From Candidatus Omnitrophota bacterium (GTDB lineage Bacteria; Omnitrophota; Gorgyraeia; Zapsychrales; Zapsychraceae), in assembly GCA_015233405.1 (NCBI GenBank), contig JADFXT010000008.1:11250-75249 (forward strand): a stretch of 64,000 nt of DNA. The letters run 5' to 3'. Below the pieces are notes generated by a model. The model had not been told where the DNA came from, did no database searches, and saw only the letters and a list, made by a program, of their open reading frames with translations. This document shows positions 1 through 6,611 of this stretch, in pieces (position 1 is the first letter of the stretch; every line of letters starts with the position of its first letter). The position numbers were made by a program, and so were the translations under genes.

Positions 1-3000
1 TTTTTTGTGGTTTCGGAAATAATACCAAAATAAAGATCCTGGAGATCTCTTTGTTCAAAGGTGATGGTGCTTTTTGCGTCGGCTCCTTCAGCGCGCACAA
101 CAATACCTCGCCGCGGTTGTCTCTGTTGTGTCGTCATGGCCGCGTCCGCAAGCTGTTTGTTATGAGCTTCTATGACGCGCGCGTCGATGCCTTTGTGTTT
201 ACTGTTGATTAAATCCGTCAATTTTTCAATTGTGCCAGCGGAAAGAGTGACGCCATATTTTTCCTGGAGAGACTGAATAACCTGGTCGGGAGCAACCCAG
301 CCGGCCTCTAAGAAAGATCCGCTTACGGAACTCTGTTCCTCTATATTCATTGTTTCATTCACAACCTTGGTTTTGCCATTTTCTAGAAACACCAAAGAAG
401 GCCGATCCTGAACTTGTTCAGTAGAAGACATATGGGCAAAATAAGGCAACATGGGCGATAAAATAAAGATCATATTTTTGAACGCTGTGCTCATCAGCCG
501 ATTCAATGACGATGTTTTCTTAAAAGCAGAGATAACAAACGGCATTTCTTTTAATAAAAATTCTTTAGGAATACCCTTCTTGACCATGGTCGGCATCACA
601 ACCGTGTCGGCGACATTTCCATTCACCTGAAGAATATCCAAAGCTTCTTGAATGATCTTGTGCTCAATCGGCTTTCCTTGTTGTTTTAAATCTTGATTGA
701 GGCTATCGACGAGGTCCTGATATTTTATGGACCCAATCACCATCGCAAGTTGCGACATCGCATAAGCCTTTAATTGTTTGACGGGCGAGGTGGGATGCAT
801 AATCCCGTCCTTGCCAGCCTCAAAAGGATGGTTCAAAAATTCCATATTTTCTGTTAAACTCAAATCCGCCACAGCATAACGAACGGCAGGGCTTCGAATA
901 ATGGCATTCCTGACATTTTCCCGCCATTCCCTTTTGTCTAATTGAGGCAATAATTTCGGATCAAGACTTGTAAACTGAAACAATCCTTTCACGTCTATTT
1001 CCGGGTTCATCATCTGTAAGATCGCGCAGAATAGCGGCGGAAATGTTTTAAAACCGCTATCCACAAAACGCACCTTTTTTAATTTATCAATACCCATTGC
1101 GCGCAATTCATCCTGAATTTCTTCGATCTTCGCTTTAAAGGCAGGGTCCTTTTTCATCATATCTTTAATATTCGATTTCAAACGAGACAAAAACTTATCA
1201 AAGTTATGACTACTGTAACGATTAGCCTCCATGATCGCGTCAGCAACATCATAATAAAACGGACTAAATGTCGCATTCTCGCCACTGATATAAAAAAGAT
1301 TGGGAATTCTTTCTTCGCCGCTTAAGAAAGACACAGCTTTTTCGCTTGTGTATAATAACCCCATGTCCCGAGGGAAAGTCACGTTCTGGTATTCCCCTTT
1401 ACCGTTATTGATCGTTTGCTCGCCGCCAAACGCAGACATGGCAAAAGCATAATCTAATTGCTCAGGACCTTTTTCAATCTCCTGAATTAATTGGGCGCGC
1501 ATATTATTAATATCATCTCGCATAAAGTGATTCGTAGCTTTTGATATTGCATCGTCGGCTAATTTGTTGACACTCTCTTTCCAAAGCGTATTGATCATTT
1601 GCCATCGCTCTTGTTCTGTAATCTTCCCTTGTTTGACTTCCTGGGCGCTTTGCATGGCGGCTTTAAGAATATCTTCGGCAAACTTGGGCGAATAAAGAAC
1701 CGGTAAATCCTGCTGTTCAAAAGTTATTGTATTATCAGCGATAACACCTTGAGGCTCGATCGGCGGCCGTCTTGTTCGTATGCTTGGTTGTTCGGTCGAG
1801 GTCGTCATGGCCGCGTCCATAAATTGTTTGTTATGCGTTTCTATGACACGAGCATCGACGCCTTTATGCTTACTGTTGATTAATTCTGTTAATTTTTCAA
1901 TGGTCCCGGCGGAGAGCGTAATATTATATTTCTCCTGAATAGCTTTTATCGCTTCAGACGGTTCAACCCATCCGGCCTGTAAAAACGACTCATCGACCGA
2001 GGCCACTTCTCTATGGCTTATTTCTTTCTCGCCTACTTGATTTTCACTGACAACCTTCGTCTTGCCATTTTCCAGAAGGACCAAGGACGGCCGCTCCTGA
2101 ATCTGCTGGGCAGGTGCCATGTGCGCGAAATAAGGCAACATCGGCGATAAGATAAGCAACAAATCCTTAAGCCCTTGCTTTGCCAGCCAATCCATCGATA
2201 AGGTTTTCTTGAAAGGAGATGTAGAAAATGGGTTTTCTTTTAAGAATTCCTGAGGAATACCCTTCTTGACCATGGTCGGCATCATCACGCTATCGCCAGA
2301 ATTCTCACTCACATGAACAACGTCCAGAGCTTCTTCAACAACATTGTGCCCAATCGTTTGAGCCTCTTGATTGGATTTTCCTTGAGCCTTCAAATCTTGA
2401 TTAAGACTGTTAAGAAGGAATTGGTATTTGATTGTGCCGATCACAAAACAGAGCTGCCCCCAATAGGCTTGTAATTGCTCGGTCTCAGATGTCGGACGCA
2501 TGGTCCCATCACCATCCGCTTTAAATGGGTGACGAAGATAATTGTCATTTTCTGACCATCTCAATGTCGGTTTAGCGTACATATCATTTTGAAAAACGCT
2601 CCTGACATTCTGGCTCCATTGGGATACATTTAATTCTTCAGCCAATTGAAGATCTGTCTCCTGAAAGAGCGCTTTAACTTTGATCTCAGGGTTCATCATA
2701 TGCAGAATCGCGCAGAACATCGGCGGAAATGTTCGATATCCGCTGTCGACAAAACGCACTTGCTTTAATTGGTCAACGCCCATGGCGCGCAGCTCATCCT
2801 GGATTTCTTCGATCTTCGCTTTGAAAAATATATCTTTTTCCATCCATTCCTTGATTTTGGTTTCTAATATAGCCAAAAAGTCATCGAAGTTACGCGCACC
2901 ATTATTGGCATGAGAAATAATGATGCCCATTTGATGATAATATTTATTAAATGTCCCGTTCGCACCGCTAATATAAAAAAGATTGGGAGTTCTTTTCTCG

Positions 3001-3420
3001 CCGGTCCAAAGAGCGCTACTCATTTCGCTGGTATACAATAACCCCATGTCCCGAGGGAAACTGACGTTCTGATATTCCCCATTGCCGTTATTGCGTGTTT
3101 GCTCACCGCCAAACGCAGCCATGGCATAGGCATAATCCAATTGACCGGGGTTTGAATCAATGTTCTGGATTATTTTGTCACGCGTCTCCTTGATCCCTTT
3201 CTTCGTGACTTGATCTTGGGTTTGAGCCAGCGCTTCATCCGCTAATTTGGTTACACTTTTTTTCCAAATTCTATTAAGCCGAATCCAGAGTTTTTCTTCG
3301 GTAATTTTTCCTTGTTTAATTTCCTCCATCCCTTGTAAGGCTGATTCAACCATGGCTTGAGCGCTTTTAGAAATAATCTCCCAATAAAGGACCGGTAAAT
3401 CCTGTTGCTCAAACTTAACC
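1..3420 (-). repeat. Tandem coding repeats of ~1.66-1.69 kb (~555-565 aa modules): two full units plus the start of a third, inside the 1-4706 CDS.
   Basis: The landmark FEQQDLPVLY recurs at ~3384-3410 and ~1692-1716, and as FEQRDLQDLY at ~30-60. Blocks that align between units include AFGGEQT.NNG.GEYQNV.FPRDMGLLYTSE, NLFYISG, FKAKIEEIQDELRAMG, VRFVDSG..TFPP.FCAIL.MMNPEI, MPTMVKKGIP.EFL, LSPMLPYFAHM, RPSLV.LENGKTKVV and LSAGTIEKLT.LINSKHKG.DARVIE.HNKQ. DNA is near-identical in stretches, for example ~1360-1460 versus ~3042-3142. Confidence 0.85.
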
Positions 3421-4706
3421 GAGTTGTCCTCCATTGGGATTTCGTCGCTGCTGCTATGCACAATAATCCCTCTGGATTCAATCCGCGGTCTTCTCTGTCG
3501 TCCACTCTGTCGGGCTAAAACACTAGCTTGGCCTATCTTAAAAAGATCCGTCACAACCTCTCTTAAATGATCCGTTTCTGTCAGGAAGGCAAATTCCCGG
3601 GCCTGTTCATCGCTCAATTCAGTCACCATGGCCAAATCTGTAAGTTTTAATCCTCGCATACCGCCGGAGAAATATTTTCTTGGAATGAGCGATTGCGTAA
3701 CGGGATCATATTCTTCTTTGATAAAGTTGTACGCGCCTTTCTTAAACGCCTCCAAATACCGGTCATAGATCTTCAGCTTCTCTTGCTTGTCTTTAATATC
3801 CACGCCAGCGGTCTTATTCTGATCAACGTAAGACTTGCCCAAGAGACTTTCTTTAAGATTCCGCTTAAACCATGTGGCTAAGATCATGGAATAATAAATC
3901 TGACGTAGCGGGGCAAAACTTTTTCCAACGTTTACTTCTTTTTCCAGCTCAGGGATGATGATTTCTTTAATAATCTGCGTAGGGGCGCGGTTCCCGCGCC
4001 CTTTATCCTCAGGGCGGGGAAACCCCGCCCCTACAATATTGGTGGACGCTAAATAATCCTCTTCCAACATCACCTTCAATTTCGCCTCTACAACGAACGC
4101 TTTATTCTCATGCTCATAAACAACCGCCTTCGCCGGAATGATCCACACTTTATTTAACGTATCGACCGGCACATCCGTCGTTCCGTATAATTCATACGAT
4201 TTCTTATAAATCTTGTCCCAAAATGTTTTCCCGATTTCTTTCTCAGGATTCATCAAAGAGCTTGTGATCTGTTTCAGCAAATAATCCTGAGCGAGTAAAT
4301 CACGGCCCATTTCTGTGACGCCGAATTTTTCCGGAATAATTCTGTCCGGCTCTTTCGGATTCAAGTTCACCCACATATCGTCTTCGGGTGTCGTTAACGA
4401 CGCTAAGAAATATTTGATCAGCTTGGTAGACTCTTGCTTAAACGCCTCGTCCTTTAAACCGGATTGGGCCGTGTCTACGATAAAGTCGAATCTTAAGGGA
4501 TTATCAGGGAATATTTTGATGCCTTTAATGACCGCAGGATTAAATGCCGGTGTTAAACCGAATTCTTGGACTATTGGTGCTGGAAGAGTTTGTGCGAAGG
4601 AAAGCTGAGCAGGAAGAACGGAATTGAGAATAAAGCTTAAAAGTATAAGAATATTAATCAACTTATACGTTTTACTTTTATAGCTTTTTTCTCGCCCCAG
4701 GATCAT
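1..4706 (-). CDS. Large secreted repeat protein of unknown function. The 5' end is complete and the 3' end lies beyond the window start.
   Basis: My reverse-complement translation from ATG 4706-4704 (AGGGGG SD-like motif at 4715-4720) gives MILGREKSYKSKTYKLINILILLSFILNSVLPAQLSFAQTLPAP..., which looks like a signal peptide. The frame stays open to base 1 (1,568 codons plus 2 nt). It is absent from the supplied track, presumably because no stop lies in the window. Other frames here give only 62-97 aa ORFs. I recognise no family. Confidence 0.8.
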   Translation of the reverse strand, partial: MILGREKSYKSKTYKLINILILLSFILNSVLPAQLSFAQTLPAPIVQEFGLTPAFNPAVIKGIKIFPDNPLRFDFIVDTAQSGLKDEAFKQESTKLIKYFLASLTTPEDDMWVNLNPKEPDRIIPEKFGVTEMGRDLLAQDYLLKQITSSLMNPEKEIGKTFWDKIYKKSYELYGTTDVPVDTLNKVWIIPAKAVVYEHENKAFVVEAKLKVMLEEDYLASTNIVGAGFPRPEDKGRGNRAPTQIIKEIIIPELEKEVNVGKSFAPLRQIYYSMILATWFKRNLKESLLGKSYVDQNKTAGVDIKDKQEKLKIYDRYLEAFKKGAYNFIKEEYDPVTQSLIPRKYFSGGMRGLKLTDLAMVTELSDEQAREFAFLTETDHLREVVTDLFKIGQASVLARQSGRQRRPRIESRGIIVHSSSDEIPMEDNSVKFEQQDLPVLYWEIISKSAQAMVESALQGMEEIKQGKITEEKLWIRLNRIWKKSVTKLADEALAQTQDQVTKKGIKETRDKIIQNIDSNPGQLDYAYAMAAFGGEQTRNNGNGEYQNVSFPRDMGLLYTSEMSSALWTGEKRTPNLFYISGANGTFNKYYHQMGIIISHANNGARNFDDFLAILETKIKEWMEKDIFFKAKIEEIQDELRAMGVDQLKQVRFVDSGYRTFPPMFCAILHMMNPEIKVKALFQETDLQLAEELNVSQWSQNVRSVFQNDMYAKPTLRWSENDNYLRHPFKADGDGTMRPTSETEQLQAYWGQLCFVIGTIKYQFLLNSLNQDLKAQGKSNQEAQTIGHNVVEEALDVVHVSENSGDSVMMPTMVKKGIPQEFLKENPFSTSPFKKTLSMDWLAKQGLKDLLLILSPMLPYFAHMAPAQQIQERPSLVLLENGKTKVVSENQVGEKEISHREVASVDESFLQAGWVEPSEAIKAIQEKYNITLSAGTIEKLTELINSKHKGVDARVIETHNKQFMDAAMTTSTEQPSIRTRRPPIEPQGVIADNTITFEQQDLPVLYSPKFAEDILKAAMQSAQEVKQGKITEQERWQMINTLWKESVNKLADDAISKATNHFMRDDINNMRAQLIQEIEKGPEQLDYAFAMSAFGGEQTINNGKGEYQNVTFPRDMGLLYTSEKAVSFLSGEERIPNLFYISGENATFSPFYYDVADAIMEANRYSSHNFDKFLSRLKSNIKDMMKKDPAFKAKIEEIQDELRAMGIDKLKKVRFVDSGFKTFPPLFCAILQMMNPEIDVKGLFQFTSLDPKLLPQLDKREWRENVRNAIIRSPAVRYAVADLSLTENMEFLNHPFEAGKDGIMHPTSPVKQLKAYAMSQLAMVIGSIKYQDLVDSLNQDLKQQGKPIEHKIIQEALDILQVNGNVADTVVMPTMVKKGIPKEFLLKEMPFVISAFKKTSSLNRLMSTAFKNMIFILSPMLPYFAHMSSTEQVQDRPSLVFLENGKTKVVNETMNIEEQSSVSGSFLEAGWVAPDQVIQSLQEKYGVTLSAGTIEKLTDLINSKHKGIDARVIEAHNKQLADAAMTTQQRQPRRGIVVRAEGADAKSTITFEQRDLQDLYFGIISETTK
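3979..4034. repeat. Pair of GC-only stem-loops (REP-like palindromic element) embedded in frame in the 1-4706 CDS.
   Basis: gtaggggcgcggttcccgcgccc (3979-4001) and gggcggggaaaccccgcccctac (4012-4034) are each a hairpin, and they are near inverted copies of each other. The minus frame reads them as VGAGFPRPEDKGRGNRAPT. They contrast sharply with the AT-rich flanks. Confidence 0.75.
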
Positions 4707-4797
4707 GATGTCTGCCCCCTATTAGACTTCATTTACTATGTCCTATATAAAGTATAAAACATAATAATGATATATATAAGGGCAAAACGGGGGTTTC

Positions 4798-4819
4798 AGG
4801 AAAGCGCTTCCTTTTAGAA
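4798..4819 (+). promoter_or_regulatory. Conserved 22-nt intergenic motif, copy 1 (aggaaagcgcttccttttagaa). It may be a promoter or operator.
   Basis: It matches the motif at 6528-6549 at 20 of 22 positions, and the upstream caaaa.ggg...ttt.agg context is also similar. It contains the palindrome AGCGCT and a TAGAAT -10-like hexamer. Function is not established. Confidence 0.25.
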
Positions 4820-4898
4820 TACGATTTAATAGAATTGCCTTTGTAGATTTAATTGCAAAAAATTTCCATACACTTAGGGACGTGTTCTTGGATAATTA

Positions 4899-4985
4899 TT
4901 TCTTCAGGCTTCGCTTATCCGTATTTGTCACCATGGTCCAGCCTTTAAATCATGGATCCCCGACAAAACATTTCGGGGATGACAT
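4899..4985. repeat. Composite hairpin (MITE/REP-like) element, short copy.
   Basis: ttcttcaggcttcgcttatc...atttgtca...tccagcc...ggatccccgacaaaacatttcggggatgaca aligns with 11312-11421. In this copy the first hairpin core is replaced by ccatgg. Confidence 0.7.
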
Positions 4986-5030
4986 CAAAATGAAAATTAT
5001 TTTCACTATGCCTGCAGGCGTTGTTTCTAC

Positions 5031-5072
5031 TAAAGACAAAAAACGCGGGTTTGGAATTCCAAACCCGCGTTT
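5031..5072 (-). terminator. Rho-independent terminator for the 5102-6385 gene.
   Basis: aaacgcgggtttgg-aatt-ccaaacccgcgttt (5041-5072) forms a perfect 14-bp stem. On the minus strand it runs into TTTTTTGTCTTT, 30 nt after the TAA stop. Confidence 0.8.
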
Positions 5073-5101
5073 ATGATAAAACTGTGAACCACTCAACAAC
5101 C

Positions 5102-6385
5102 TTATTTGATCACAGATGTCTGTAATTGTTCTTCAAGCTCTCGAATATTTTCTTTCTTTTGATCAAGCTGTTCTTTGAAATAAAGGATATCCGTATTTTT
5201 CTCGTCGATGATATCGCCTTTCTCATAAACTTTTGCCAAATAATGATCCAAGTCTTTATACAAACGATGAAGCTCATCATATCGTTCTAACAAAGTATTA
5301 TGCGCTGATGCCAACTCCAGGCGATATTCAATGGCATGGCTCTTCTGCGGGTTCTGTTGCTTGGCATACAGATAATCCTCTAAAACAGCAAGCATTTGCC
5401 GGTTGGTCTCTTCCTGTTCCAAGGCTTTGTCCTTGGCTTCATTTTGTTCATCCAAAATAGCTGTCATTTTCTTTTCATAATCCAAGGCCTCTTGGGCGGA
5501 TTTTCTCATCTGTTCCTCCAAAAGGTCAATGGCCCGTCCCTGGACTTTTAAAGCCATCTGGGTCTCATCAGAATCTAAAGCCGGCGTCGGAGTTTCTTCT
5601 AAGGCTTCTGGTTCCATGGTCTCTTGAGGCTCTGTGAAAGTTTGAGCCCGATGCGCCACAACAGGCTTTTTATAAGCTAATTGATTTATAGATTTTTTCG
5701 CTTCAGTCTTTTTAGCAAGTTTTTTGGTTTCTGTTACTGGTTTGACTTCAGCAGAAGACTTTACAACAGGTTCTTTCACCGTGGGCGACACGACCGGCGC
5801 TGTTGTATCCGGCGCTTTTAATAAACGCTCTGCTAAAGCCATGTCTGCATTTTGCATAACTTTTTCGGCTTTGGCGATCTTCTGAGAAACTTTAGCGTGA
5901 GCAACTTTTCGCTTACTTTGTTCAATGTCTTTTTGAAGAGCGGCAATTTCTTTTAAAACCTCTCGGCTAAGATTGCCCATTCTATCCTGCGTCGGAGTAA
6001 TCGGAGCGCTCACTGGGGCAGCCGCAACCGCGCCTTCTGACGTCGGAAGAATGGCTAATTTTTCAACATTCTGGTCTTGTAAATTCTTGGCCAAATCCAC
6101 AAGCGACGTTAACCCCGTCTTTGTGCCGGCATACAACCCCTTTTCGATACCCATTTTATTTAAACCTTTAATGGCTTTTTGATTGGACGGGTCGATCAGA
6201 AGGGCTTTACTGAATTCATGCGCGGCATCATCATATTGCCCCCGGTCATAAGCCGTTTGGGCAATTTGAACTAAAAGCGCTGAACCTTCTTCTCTTAAGC
6301 TCTTCGCCCGGGCGTCAATCCCGAGGAAAAAAAACAATAGGCTGACGAATATCGTGGAAATAAAGATCTTTTTGGATATGTTCAT
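5102..6385 (-). CDS. Secreted or membrane-anchored TPR plus coiled-coil protein, function unknown (427 aa).
   Basis: ATG 6385-6383 is preceded by GGGGGAG (6389-6395). The N-terminus MNISKKIFISTIFVSLLFFFLGIDARA looks like a signal peptide. One TPR-like pair is present (AQTAYDRGQYDDAAHEFSKALLIDPSNQKAIKGL), followed by a P/A/K/E-rich linker and a heptad-like C-terminal half. The track ORF start at 6508 adds 41 residues ahead of the signal peptide and lacks an RBS. Confidence 0.8.
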   Translation of the reverse strand: MNISKKIFISTIFVSLLFFFLGIDARAKSLREEGSALLVQIAQTAYDRGQYDDAAHEFSKALLIDPSNQKAIKGLNKMGIEKGLYAGTKTGLTSLVDLAKNLQDQNVEKLAILPTSEGAVAAAPVSAPITPTQDRMGNLSREVLKEIAALQKDIEQSKRKVAHAKVSQKIAKAEKVMQNADMALAERLLKAPDTTAPVVSPTVKEPVVKSSAEVKPVTETKKLAKKTEAKKSINQLAYKKPVVAHRAQTFTEPQETMEPEALEETPTPALDSDETQMALKVQGRAIDLLEEQMRKSAQEALDYEKKMTAILDEQNEAKDKALEQEETNRQMLAVLEDYLYAKQQNPQKSHAIEYRLELASAHNTLLERYDELHRLYKDLDHYLAKVYEKGDIIDEKNTDILYFKEQLDQKKENIRELEEQLQTSVIK

Positions 6386-6527
6386 GTTCTCCCCCTTTTT
6401 TTTATTCTCCCGCTTAACCTGTGAATTGGTTTTTCGCGGGCAAAGTTCCCCAAACTCATCAACAAAGGAAAGTATAACATCCAGAAAACCACTCGACAAG
6501 GCAGCCAAGCCTCAAAAGGGCCTTTTT

Positions 6528-6549
6528 AGGAAAGCGCTGTCTTTTAGAA
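6528..6549 (+). promoter_or_regulatory. Conserved 22-nt intergenic motif, copy 2 (aggaaagcgctgtcttttagaa), in the divergent region upstream of mutS.
   Basis: It matches 4798-4819 at 20 of 22 positions. A TAGAAA -10-like hexamer lies ~65 nt upstream of the mutS ATG. Function is not established. Confidence 0.3.
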
Positions 6550-6611
6550 ATCTGTCGCTCCAAACACCTTTTTCCTTTTTTCCCTTTTTATTTTATGCTA
6601 TAAAGGTGCCT

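Noticed and set aside
2680-4608. Track ORFs 2680-2913 (+), 3251-3505 (-), 3693-3881 (+) and 4315-4608 (+).
   Set aside because: All lie inside the long open minus-strand frame 1-4706 and are off-frame or antisense to it. Their peptides show no conservation between the tandem repeat units, whereas the main frame does.
4882-5076. A 64-aa plus-strand ORF in the 4.7-5.1 kb intergenic region.
   Set aside because: It consists of the translated hairpin-repeat element (…SGFAYPYLSPWSSL-type peptide) and the terminator hairpin. It has no RBS.
6386-6508. A 41-aa N-terminal extension of the 5102-6508 track ORF.
   Set aside because: The internal Met at 6385 is preceded by GGGGGAG and starts a typical signal peptide. 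The extension would bury that signal.
6354-6611. An 86-aa N-terminal extension of mutS in the track ORF.
   Set aside because: The extension peptide is low-complexity and hydrophobic, overlaps the divergent gene's start region, and has no RBS. The ATG at 6612 has AAAGGTG upstream and gives a normal MutS N-terminus.
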